From contig NC_043022.1 of the NCBI RefSeq assembly GCF_006345805.1, positions 12,586,001 to 12,650,000 of the forward strand: DNA of 64,000 bases, in the 5' to 3' direction. Below the pieces are notes generated by a model. The model saw only the letters and a program-made list of their open reading frames with translations. It was not told where the DNA came from and did no database searches. The stretch comes from Octopus sinensis (lineage: Eukaryota). Positions 12,416 to 25,700 of the stretch are shown here, piece after piece. A program made the translations under genes and the position numbers. How positions within the stretch are numbered: the stretch's first letter is position 1; each line of letters opens with the position of its first letter.

Positions 12416-15400
12416 AAGAAATATTTCTTTCAACTATTTCAATGAAATAGCAACAGCATAGGATATATTTGTTTATACTTATTCCCTAGAATAGGTATAA
12501 ACAAATATATTCTATGCCTTGTGTTTGTTTCCTTGACCCCTGCAGAGATGAAAGTAGAAGTGGACTGAACTACCACTTCCAACAAAACACACATTCAAAT
12601 CTGTTTGAGATTTGATATCAGAATACATATGATTAGAACTAAATGTCACAAGACATGTTAATCAATCTTGTGTCATCTAAATTAATACCTTTAAATATTC
12701 CCCAATGTTTGATTTTGTTGATAGTTGTCATTGCTGAACCCCAGGTCGAGCATTATTTAGCTAATTATGCGTGTCTTTATTCATTTATCAGTGCTTTTCC
12801 TTGCTTAAAACAATAGTGTGATTCCCAAGAGCTTTTTCTAGCACATTGCATGGCCATGTATATCAGTGCTTTTTAAATTTTATAGGGTTACTGAGGACAA
12901 GGGAGAAAGCAGTGGGGCATAGGATGCAATTGATACATCTTTTAATTGTCATCATCATCATCCTCTAATGCCTATCTTCTATGCTGGCATGGGTTGGACA
13001 ATTTGACAAGCTGACAAACCCAAGGGCAGCACCAAATTCTATTATCTGCATTGGCATGGTTTCTACAGCTTGATGTCCTTCCCTATACCAGCCACTTAAC
13101 AATGTACTGGGCACTTTTTACATGGCAACAACACTGGGGAGATCACCAAGTAACTTGTAACTCAAAGATCCCTTAACTGAGAGGGGGGGGGTATTGAGAA
13201 AGGTGACTTTATGCCAGTTGATGAGAGGTTAGAGAAAGATAGAAGGGCAGAAACAAGTGTCTTGCTGCAAAAGAGATACATTTTGTTACCCCAGTCAGAG
13301 AGAGGAGAGAGTAAGTGATGGTGGCGATATGCCAGGGAATACCCTCAAGACACAAATAGGTGACTGTAAATGAAGTGGCAAAGGATTGGGCAGTGTGCAT
13401 GAGCAGAGAATGCAGTAAGTGGTGAAACCAGATTATATATAGAAAGAAAGGATGGCAGTGGGGGAAGACAAGAGAGATAGATCACAGAATGGTGTTGAGT
13501 TGTAGAAGTGGGAGGATAGACAAGCATAATACATGAAGAAAAGATGTAGTTTGATTCATTTTCAAAAATATTTTTCATTTTATTTTAAAATCATTTGGTA
13601 ATATTAGTATTTGAAATGTTTTGACATTCTATATTGTATTGATGAAGTGACTTAAGTGTATGTAGTCTTTTAATAATAATCACCGTTTTTTATGGTGTAG
13701 TTTTGTTAGTAAAAGAAAAGAGTTTCATAGCTAAGAATATTTGAGAAGCGGAGATGTAAGTACTCCCTAATTGGCATCAGGTAGAAGGAATTAGTAGTTG
13801 ATACTACCAAGTCTTACAGTAGCATTCACATGATGCAGTGCCACAGTAATAATCTTTGTTAACCCCACCTTTACTTTTAACATGTGTCAATTTTTATTCA
13901 GTTTGCTAAATACACAGTTAAATCCTCCACAGAAATTACAGCTTGCTATTTTGAAGAATGAAGGCATTGGCTAATATAATGCATGATACTGTCTGTTAGT
14001 GAAAAGACAAGTTGGTCATAACTGGAATTCTTTTGGTCATGGATCTACTAGAGTTGAGTTGATTGACTTCTGACTAAACAACAGAAATATGTGTGGCCTT
14101 TTTGCCATTGCAATAATAATTACTATGAATACTGTGAAGATAAGCTCTTCTTTTGATGAACTAGTTGAATTATGTGTTATAACCCTCTTCATTCTTAGTG
14201 CAAGTCCCACTGAAGCTGGCTTTGCCTTCCATAGTCAATAACAAAACTAACAGTCAAGTACTGGGATTGATATAATTACCTCTACTCATCCCCATATTTG
14301 AAACTTTGTATCTGAGTAAGAAATGGTTATTATTATCCGAAAGTGCAGGTATGGCTGTATGGTTAAGAAATTCACTTCATAATTATGTCATTAGGAGGTA
14401 CAATTTCACTCCATTGGATGCTGCTGCCAAGTGACCACTAATTTGTTAATGAAATTTGGTTGATAGAAACCAGAAGCTTCTTGTTGTATATATATATATA
14501 TATGCATGACTAGGTGTATATTTCCTTTGTCTAAACAAAGCCTTGCTATTCATTCAAATGGTGTCATCTGCTTACAGTCCACAATTACAATATGTCTGCT
14601 TTTTGACATATCTTGACGTGTGCACACTGATAGTGAAATATCATTCATACAAACTATATTGTTTGTTTTCAGTCCTTGGCATAAACATGTTCAGGCTGTT
14701 CATTGTTCAATAGATTGGGGAAATTAGTACCTTGCTTGGAAACAGATGAGGGTTAGCATTGGAAAGGGCATCTAGCTGTAGAAAACTCTGCCTCAATGAA
14801 ATCTTGTCTGACCCATGCAAGCATTGAAAAAGTGAACGTTAAAACAATGATGAAGATGATGATGAAATGTAATCCTCACTGTTATCTACATACATTTACA
14901 GGTTTCTAAATTGTATTTACCAACTTTGAAACTGCTTTACTCATATGAGAGCGAACTCATTAACTTGACTGGCCTAATGAACCTTGGATTCATTTATCAT
15001 TAATTCTTACTTGACATCTGCTTTCTTACTCTGTATATGTCTGTACCATCTAGATATCTCTCTCATCCATCATCACCATTATCATCACTATCATCGTCAT
15101 TACCTCTGGGTACCTATCTAAAGATAAGTATTAATAATCTTCTTGATTTTTATATTGTTTACTTATGTTGGTGTGACCCCCTCTCACCTGCAACTCTGAT
15201 GCCAAGCCATACTTTATCATAAACATCTGATCTGTGTGTAGATGTGTGTGTGTAAAGAAATAGTAAAGCTTTCTTTGAATTGGTTTACTTTAAACTAAAA
15301 AAAACAAGTACTCTTCAGATATTTCAGAATTTACCATCTGATTTCCTTCTCCCCATGCTTCACAGACAGACACACTTTTTATGAATTCATTCTACCAACA

Positions 15401-16109
15401 TTATGTCAATGTTATGTTTGTTTGAAATGGAATTAAAGTAAAAAAAAATTAATATACATGTTGTTTAATTAAAATATTCAGTTCCTAACCACATGTTTTC
15501 AGGTTCAGTCTTCTCTAGACCCAGGCCTACCACATCCTTGTGAGTGGATCTGGTGGATTTGAAAGAAGTTCTTTGTGTGTGTGTGTAGGATGATTGTAAA
15601 TGAACATCATCATACAGTGTTGTTCATTTCCAACCTTCTGTGAAAATGTCTGACCATGGAGAAAATATTACTATTTGAAAATAGCTGAGGGTTGACAACA
15701 AGAAAGGATCCAACTGTAAAAAGTCTGCCTCTATGAATTCCATCTGACCTGTGCAAGCATGGAAAAGTGGACTTTAAAATAATAATAATATTTATTGATA
15801 GAAGTAATGTCTTTTTTGTTAAAAGAAAAAATATCATTAATTTGACAGATTTTGTTTAGTATGAAATGAAATATATATATATTGCATGTTTGTTGCTGAA
15901 TCCCTGATCTAACAAGTCTATGTGCAAAGATATTCTATATATCACTAACCTGTCTTTTATTCAGACAATGTGTATTCAGGTCTACCATATCTAATGTGTC
16001 TGTCCTTGTTATTACTGTTTAACCTCAATCTATTACTGATAGAACAGATCTATGAACAAAGATGTTCCAGATATGACTACATTGTCTTTTATTCAGACAA
16101 TTTATCCAC

Positions 16110-16318
16110 AACCACTGCTTGACTGGCCCTCATGCCAGTGGCACGTAAAAGCACCCACTACACTCTCGGAGTGGTTAGTGTTAGGAACGGCATCCAGCTG
16201 TAGAAACTCTGCCAGATCAGATTGGAACCTGGTGCAGCCATCTGGTTCACCAGTCCTCAGTCAAATCGTCCAACCCATGCTAGCATGGAAAGCAGACGTT
16301 AAATGATGATGATGATGA
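16110..16318 (+). mobile_element. Short element matching the RTE 3' tail (very short RTE copy or RTE-dependent SINE tail) ending in (GAT)n
   Basis: Nearly co-linear with 23745-23950; related tails at ~14740-14865, 62230-62390 (+) and 12950-13130, 47450-47585, 63160-63285 (-). Confidence 0.78.
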
Positions 16319-19300
16319 CCTACACAGTTCACAACACATCATCACAGTTTGACCAGGGGCTACACAGTATCAGAGGATGTTACAGAGTTTGGAGCAGTTG
16401 TGCTAGTATTCATGTACTTTCATGGGAATTTGTTTTTACATGTATGTTTGTGGACAGATCTCATACATCTATGTACAAATTTACAGATTTGTACATTCAC
16501 ACACACACTGTTATAGATTTGTATAAACACACACACAAACTGTACATTGAAAGTATTTATTAGAAGTTATAAATGGATAAAAGACAAATTGCCAACATGT
16601 AATATAGAAACTCCACCACACACAATCTCAGTTAAGAATTAATCTCTCCTCCTCTCCCAGTAAACTGTCTACTGCGGATCTATTTCTATTATTCATGATG
16701 CCATAAACAGAAAAAATGTCAAGTTTCCTTTATATCCTTTATATTTTGTATAGGATTGTTAATTTTTCATCTTCGGATTCTTCACATTGGATGTTTTCTA
16801 TATAATGTATTTTGGCAAGTCTTTATATTGCTTTTGGAGATTTGCTCCAGTCAAAGATCTATCATCAGCCCTCTTTCCTTCTCCACTTCTCAATATCTCT
16901 ATCCTTTCACATTCACTTTTTATTTTTTTCTTTATGTATGTGCTATCTTTTCTCTGTCTTGCTATTCAGTTTGCCTAAGATATTGGTCTCCACCTCCATT
17001 ACATTCCTACAAATACATTCTCTCCCTCCCTCTCTTTGTTTATCTGTGTGTGTGTGTCTCTCTCTCTCTCTACTCATCATTTCCATCATCCAAGCAAGAC
17101 TGACAGTATCAAGAAATGAATTGGACTGTAGTAAATAAATCATGTTTGATTATTAGTATCATTAAAATGGTGTGTTGGTAGAATCATTAGTGTCAGAAAA
17201 AATGTTTTGTAGTATTTATTCTGAATCTTTACTTTCTGAAGTCAAATTCTGCTGAGGTCACCTTTGTCTTTCATCCCTCTGAGGTTGAAAAAAGTAAAGA
17301 ACTAGGATTAATATTGTACAGAGCTACTTTTTGGTAAAATTGCTGGAACATCCAAATGCCTTGCAGCATTCAATTATAGCCCTTTTTATCTGTAGTTCAA
17401 ATTCCACCAAAATCAAATTTGCCTTTCATCTCACTCTGGGCTCAATAAAATAAAGGACCAGTAAAGTATTGAAGGTTGATATTACCACTTGTTCCTCTCT
17501 CTCACCCAAATTTCTCATCATGTAACTATGTGAGAAATTATTATTATTATAGCAGCAGCTGATTTATAGAATCATTAGAACAGACAAAATGCTTAGTAGC
17601 AATTTGGCTGTCTTTATGTTCTGAGTTGAAATTCTTCCAAGGTTGACTTTGCCGTTCATCCTTTCAAATTAAGTTGCTGTCAAGCACTGGGGTTCAATGT
17701 AATTGATTAACCCTCTCCCACTAAATTTTAGGCCTTCTGTCTGTAGTAGAAAGAATTATTTTTACTCTTACTGGTTTTAGTCATTGGACTTCAAATCATC
17801 AACTTTCAAAGATTTTAGTCAATATTAATGACAGCAGTACTTTATCAGTCTTTGTTTACTGTTTATTGGATTAACCACACTAATTCATCAGCTGTATCCT
17901 TCACTAACACACACACACAGCAATACATCTAATACCAACTACTGCAGCCTTCTTTTCTTATATATCATATTTTTTTTAATTGCTGTGAACTTTTTTCTCC
18001 ACTTTCATTCTGAACATGCAACTTCTTTCCTTTTGCTTTGGCTTGTCAACTTTCTTTCTCACTTTAGTTCACCCACCCACGAAAAAAAAAACAAAAACAT
18101 CAATATCTCACCTTTCTGCTATTCCTTTCATTTGCATGAGGACTACCATTAGAGCATCTGATCTTATATTCCATTTTCTTCCAGTGTTACATTTATGCAC
18201 TGCCTTGTTTCGTTTTGTAATATTTTAGTTATAAAAAAAGGCAAGTTGGCAGAATTATTAGCATGCTGGGCAAAATGCTTAGCAGCATTTCATCTGTTTC
18301 TATGTTCTGAATTCCACTGAGGTCAACTGCTTTTGAGCACTGGGGTCAGTGGAATCAACTTAACCCCTCCCCCGAACTTGCCTTGAACCAAAATTTGTAA
18401 AGTAATATTTTAGTTGTAAAAGACTAAACTTTTTCTTTTTTTTCTGTCCTTGTCATTCAGGTTTAAACATGTTTTTCTTGTGTCCTTTGTGTTTCTTCTG
18501 TGTCAGATGCTAAGAGATATAACTTTCCATATCTTTTATGTGTCATCTCTAAAATATAAATCCATAACGGCTGAATTTGATGGCTGTTGATGCTCTTCAA
18601 GTCAGGGATGTTATCTTAAAGTATCAAAACTGTAAAAAGTCCTAGATAAATAGCTAATGAAGGGTATTTTTCATTTATCCTATTTATCTTTACAGTTTCT
18701 CCTATAACAGTTTTCATTCACAAGGTTTTAACTCTTGCTATGGTAGGTAACACTTGCCCAAGGTGCTTTACATGACAATCAAATCCAGACTGTGGTTGTA
18801 AAAATCTACTGCTGTTCTCATTCTTCAACCCACCACCACCACCCCAAATAATACCTTGTTCTGGTTTTTGATGTACAACAATGTATGTATTAATTTGTTA
18901 TATAATCTAGTAGTGTGTCTATATGCATGTGCATATGTCACTGCATTATAGATATTGTACACACAAATATAGAAATCTCTTCCCCACCTCTCTCTCTCTC
19001 ATACAGACATTCTTAGTGTGTTTGGCCATTATTGGATAGAAGAAAACTGCAGCTGAAAATAAGCCAGAAATCAGAAATGGAATATTTTTAAAAATTCATT
19101 GAATATTGGAATAATTCACTAAGAATAAACTTTGGTTTTTTTCTTTTCGAAATATTTTATTGGAATTCAAAAGAAGCACAGAAATAATAATAGTAATACG
19201 AATTTATGCACACACACATGCATGCCAATACATATATCTATACTCTCTCTCTCTAACACACATACACACACATTTATGTCAATATACTTACATACAAATA

Positions 19301-22283
19301 TATATATATATATGCCAATTCACATAGAAAGAAATACAAATTGAGTGTATATAATAGGCATAATTTTCACCATACATTCATAGAAACATAGACATTTGAT
19401 TGATAAAACTATTGATTGAAAGGGGAACTTTTCACAGATACTGATGGTTTCTTGCTTTAAACAGTCATGAGCAAAACTGCAGATATAGATCCTATATTTC
19501 ATCTCAATACATCTTTTGTGTGGTTTGATTTTGTATGGAAGGACATTGGCACAAAACTTTTTTCGCCTCAATACATTAGTTATTTACACTGACAGCTAAA
19601 TATATATGTATACACACACACACAATTAAATCTTTGATTGTAGGAAACGTGGCAATTTTCATAAAAGTATATAGTGATTCTGTCTATGACAGGAGACGGG
19701 GTTATATGTCTTTCCCTAAAGGTTTCATGCAATCAACTTAAAGTCAACTTGCTGATTACTAAAATTCAATTACATGAACCTTTAGGTACTTAACATGTAC
19801 AATCCTGTCTTCCCACATAGAATTATAAAGGGCTATAGTCTTACATAACTGTGTATTGAACACTTGTGTATGTTTGTACTAAATTAACAAAAACAATTTT
19901 GTGTGTATGTGTGTATATATACACACACATATTTCTTTGCACACATATGTGTACATATACACACAGAAATATAATTCTTTATTATTTAAATTAGTCAGCA
20001 CCTCATCTGAAACCTATTGTGTTCTGCCTGACACTCAATCCCCTTTACACCCGATGAATGCAGTAAACTCTACCAGCAAGAACCCCAAGGTTTTAAATGG
20101 GGGTGCTGACTAATTTGAATAATAATTACTCACACTCTACCCACCAGTATTTAGTGCTCTTTGTCATGTATGTTATATATATATATATTAGTTATACACA
20201 TTACATAGATATGTGTGTGATATGTATATGTACATACACATGTAATACATTCACAAGAGTGACTAAAGAGAAAGATTTCATTATGGGAGTCATGATCACT
20301 TGGTAAGTGATATTTGCATGGTTCCCAGGAGTTATAGGATTCATTCTCTTTCTTAAGCCAATACTAGTAAATGTCTTCTATAAAATTTATATGTAAAACA
20401 TTTTAACTATAGAATAAACAGACAGCTGGATAGAGACCCATAAAACATTTGGACCAATTATGTGAGACTGTGTCTGTTCTGTGTGGCCCAACCCAGGGCA
20501 CTAATTATGGAAAAGTGGATAAACTAACAATGTTTTCTTTGTTAACTTGCAAATCAGAGAAGAAAACCAAGGCCTATAAGCCTAAGTAATGATTATGACA
20601 AAATGTACATATGCACAATTTGACACATCAATATACATTGATGTATATCAATGTAAATGTGAACATATATATAACTATATTAACTAACATAGCATGGTTC
20701 TGTATATGGAAGTTGTGTATATATATATAATTATGGCTATAGGTGCAGGCCTGGCTGTGTGCTTTTGGGTTCAATCCCACTACATGGCACCTTCATCAAG
20801 TGTCATTTATTATTAACTCCATTTGACCAAAATCTTGCGAGTGGATATGGTATTCAGGAAGTGAAAGACTGTTGTAAATGTATATGTCTATGTCTCTCAG
20901 TGTTTGTTTATACTTGCAATTGCTTGTATTAAAGTGTGGTATAGTGTTGTTGACTGTGGTCAACAAATCACTCAAGCACTTTGTGCTTTCGAAGTTGTGT
21001 AGAATAAGTAATCCCTTACTTGAGAAATAGGTAAGAGTTAGTGTCAAGAAGGACATACAGCTGTAAAACAATATCACAACTTATTTGTCCAACCCATGCA
21101 AGCATGGAAAAATGGGTGCAAAATGAACAAACAAATATACATGTATCACACACTAATTTTTTGTACATTTTGTGGTACAGTCTTCAACTCAATGTTGAGA
21201 GTCTTTAGAGTTGGATATATGTTAATTATTTCAGATCATAAGAATTACATATCCCAACTCCACCCCCCCACAATACACACCAGTTGATAATCCATGCCAA
21301 ATACATCACTACGACTTTTCCTTTCCAACCTGCTAAACATGTACAGTTGGTCAATGAAGGGTTGCAGATCATATGGAACCACAGTTCAGATATGTAATCT
21401 CTGTTTATCTCACACACACACACACACACATCAACATATATACACAAATTAAGAAATATTTGATGAGATACAGATATATTTCATTGGGAGTAACCTTAGG
21501 TTACTGTAACTCTCCTAGTTCAGATTGGTGTACCATACCTCTAGAGGTGGGTGTTAGTTATGGGCAGGGAATCTTACCAAACATTAAAATCCAGTCAAAT
21601 TTTACCATCTCATTTTGCTTTTTCTTGTCCATTTCCATGTTTAACAGTACCAATGTAGCTGAATGTAAAATTTAGTTACTGGAACTGTGATATGACTGCT
21701 AACAACCAAGCATTTGGTCAGTTAATGCAGTTAGAGAGGGAATAAGAGGGGTCTAGATTGGAGATTGAAAGAACTACCAAAGCTTCCATCTGGGGACAGT
21801 TTACCAAACAGTTATTTTTCAAAGCAGCAAATGTAGTTAATCAACAGATAAATAAGAAATTTCTGTAACTTGACCAAAAAATGAAGCAGTTTGTCGATTT
21901 TTTTTTCATATTTCTCTCTATACATATATGTAACTATGGCAACAAATTACTAATAATTTCCTGTTTTACACCGATAAAACTATTTTTATAAAGAAAATCT
22001 GTGATTAAAAATTTAAAGAGAATATTAATGAAATATTTATAAATAAAGATTCCAAAACTTCCATTTCTTTGAAGGCATGTGACCACAGACGTGTTGGCGA
22101 CTGTGTGAAAAGTAATAAGTTGACTACATTTGTCTGGCTATAATTCTTGAAGCAATGATTTTTGTTACAAAGGGAATAACCGAATGTGGATGGGTGACAG
22201 GGTTTGGGTTAATGATATGACAGAAGCAAACAAGGAGTGCATCTAAGTGATGAGGAAACGATCTGCATCAATGATTCAGAGAA

Positions 22284-22388
22284 GGTGGGAGATGGGGGGT
22301 GTATTAAATTTTTTTTGGTGGGAGATGGGGGGGGTGTATTAAATTTTTTTTGTGGGAGATGGGTGGGGGGTGTATTAAATTTTTTTTT
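22284..22388. repeat. ~34-bp minisatellite x3 in probable ECE 3' UTR
   Basis: gtgggagatggg(g)ntgtattaaattttttt repeated three times. Confidence 0.85.
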
Positions 22389-22699
22389 AACAGCAAATAG
22401 TTTAACTTTGTGTTGTAAAAATGATATCGGTTAACAAACAAAAATAAACCAAAGGGGTCACCAAATATGTGCTGCTTAAGGAAGAAATATTGTAAGTATG
22501 GTCTAAATTGGACATTGACTTTTGTTTAGGTAGAGTGGTTAGAGCAGGATTCTACTGTAGCAACAGGAGGTACTTAGTGTGAAGTCTTCATTACTGAGTG
22601 GAGTAAAAAAAATGGGGATCTGATGATGCAAGAGATGAGGGGATTATATCCTAGCAATTACAGCAGCAGATTTTCTTGCAGGTTTGATTTATCTTTGTC

Positions 22700-22799
22700 T
22701 CACCAAACTTCACATTTCTCTTTTGGATTCATCCGACTATCAAGAGGACACTTGTATTGTTCAGCAAAATCCTTCGAGTTAGATAGAGTAGCAATCACT
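22700..22799 (-). CDS. ECE1: ECE-like terminal coding exon Q ([32 protein letters not shown])
   Basis: ttttgcag acceptor, phase 2 entry, TGA stop at 22700-22702; family-typical MNP...C.VW terminus. Confidence 0.95.
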
Positions 22800-25700
22800 C
22801 TGCAAAACATAGCAGACAAACAACATTTACAGATCAATAAAATTTAAATGTGCATATAATTACAAGTGGGTGAATGAAAGTAGACCTTGTGTTCTCATCA
22901 CTGTCATCATTTAAAGCTTGGTTTCTATGCTGACAAGGGTTGGTTGATAGGATCTGAGAAGTCCAAGAACTGTGTCATGCTCCAGTATCTATTTGGGCAT
23001 GCTTTCAGTGGCTAGATACCCTTCCTAATGCCAACCACTTTACAAAGTGTACTGAATGCATTTTTGTGGCATCAGTTCTTGTAACCTTTTGGAAATGCTT
23101 GCATGCTACAACTTCTCATTTCTTTCCCTCGACAGGTGCATACTCGACAGAGTGTTAGTGCCTTGAGAGAAAGGTCGGACCTAAGAAGCATCAGATGTGG
23201 TGTGCAAGAGAGACGACTGCACTGGTATGGTCATGTGGTGAGAATGGATGTGGATAACTGTGTGAAAAAGTGCCACACCCTAGCAGTTGAGGGAACCTGT
23301 GGAAGAGGAAGACCTGGGATGAGGTGGTGAAGCATGACCTTTGAACATTGGGCCTCGCCAAGGCAATGACTAGTGACCGGGACCTCTGGAAATATGCTGT
23401 GCTGAGAAGACTCGGCAAGCACAAGTGAGACCATAACCTTGTGGCCTATGCCAGGGGTGTAACCAGTCCACTTATGCATGCCTTTCCTTCCTTGGACATG
23501 AAACTCTGCTTGTGAAGAACTGTTGAGGCAAGTGAAATCGAAATCAAATTCGATGACTGGCATCCGTGCTAGTGGAGCACTAAGAGTACCATACGAGTGA
23601 GATCATTGCCAGAGCAACAAGCTGGCTTCCGTGCCAATGGCACGTTAAAAACTCCATTTGAGTGTGTGAAAAAAACATTCGAGTGAGGTCGTTGCCAGTG
23701 CCGCTGGCATATAAAAAGCACTATTTGAGCGTGGCCATTGCCAGTACTGGCTGACTGGGCCTCATGCCAGTGGCACATAAAAGCACCCACTATACTCTCG
23801 GAGTGGTTGGCGTTAGGAAGGGCATCCAGCTGTAGAAACTCTGCTAGATCAGATTGGAGTCATGTGCAGCCATCTGGTTCGCCAGACCTCAGTCAAATCG
23901 TCCAACCAATGCTAGCATGGAAAGCAGACGTTAAACGATGATGATGATGATTTCACACTCCCTTAAATGGTATCTACATCTCCTTTGTAACTGAAGCTAG
24001 AGTTGCTGACCAAGATGCCTAATGTTTTAAGATAAGGATAATTAGGTCAACTTTGACAGTTATATTTGTAACATTCCCTAGGCATATTTAGAGAATTGTA
24101 ACCCACATAAATGCTGTAGTTAAGATAAAAATGATTATGTTACAAGTATTATGATGAGATGTTCCTAGAGTTTTTCTACCATAGTCAGCGAAGGCAGACT
24201 TACCGATATTCATCTGGACTATGAGGGTCATTCAGAAGACGCATATGCAAGGTCTCCTTCGTAGTGCTGGAACACCAAACCTGGATGGAGAGAAAATATT
24301 GGAGAATGTCAGGAAGGTTTATATAGTGTGGTGGTGGTGGTGGTGGTAGTTGTATTATTGATGGCAATATAGTCATAATGTTGATGGTTGTAGTAATATA
24401 ACCAGATGCCAGATTTACAAAAATAGCTGGTTAAGACATTGACATTTAACCTTATACATTTTAAAAACTGTAAATTTGATCTGTTTACATACATAGATAC
24501 ACTTACACCATACACTTAAATATTCTTACATACAAATTTACGCATACAAACTTATTTGCATACACAAACACTATTTTGTAACCTTGGTGTATGTAGATTT
24601 CTGCATTTTGATTTAGCCTCTGTTAAATATAGAATTAAAAATTTTAAATATTCTCTCTTGGGATTTTGTAAGACATTTTCTACACAGCTTCCCCATCTAG
24701 CATCAACCATTATCCCTCTGTGTGTCTATGTTGAGATTGAGTTGTTTTCTTTACCATTTTATTCACCACTAGTTATTTAATGTTGTATGGAGTACCATCT
24801 TGTATTTATCTGACTAGAGGAGATAAGCTTAATAAGATAGTCTAGTAATTCACTTGACATGTGAGAAACACCAGTCAAATCACTTTAAAATTTCAGCTTT
24901 AGAGAAACAGGAAAGAGACAGTATCTAATGTAGCCCTGGATACACTATATCTGATGGTCATGGCTGGAATACATTTAATCAAAGGTGTGTTGGATTAGGG
25001 CTTAAAAACAACAGAAAAGTAACTGGAAAAAGTAGAAAACACATCTGGACCAATGCATTGCTTCAAATGGAGAATACTTTGAAAGCTATAAAAGTATAAA
25101 CATATAAAACTAAATGAATAAAATATTGCAAAATTCCGGTTTCTTTAGGGTACCCCCTCATATTGTAGTCTTAGAAACACTGTATCATTGTCATTTAAAG
25201 TCCCCTTTTCCTTGCTGGCAAGAATGGTAATGTGGATATTAAAATTATAATGATAATGGCATATATGTAAAGACCCACTTCAGCTGTAAATGACCAAGAA
25301 AGTTCCCCTCTGAGGCAGAAGTCCAGGCAAGGTTGTTTATAGAAGACCAGCAGTTACCCATGCATCATGCATATCAGCTCCCCTCTCCACAGCACTGACA
25401 TTATCCAAAGGAAAGGCAAAGGCAGATACAGCTTGGCACCTGTGATGTTGCAACTCATTTCTACAGTTGAGTGAACTGGAGCAATGTGGAATAAAGTGTC
25501 TTGCTCAAGAACACCACACATAGCCCAGTCTGGGAATTGAACACACTACCTCATGATTGTGAGCCCGACACTCTAACCACTAAGCCATGCATCTTCACAT
25601 ACAAGATGTCCCAAAAAACACACTTTAACTGCCGATAGTTCAATTTTCATTTCTTTTTAGATTTAACCAATTAGAAATAATGAAAGGAGCTAGACTATGC

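Noticed and set aside
16756-17143. Overlapping 100+ aa hydrophobic ORFs (also 3477-3757 and many similar ORF-track entries)
   Set aside because: Derived from CT/GT/AT low-complexity tracts and microsatellites; no domain signal.
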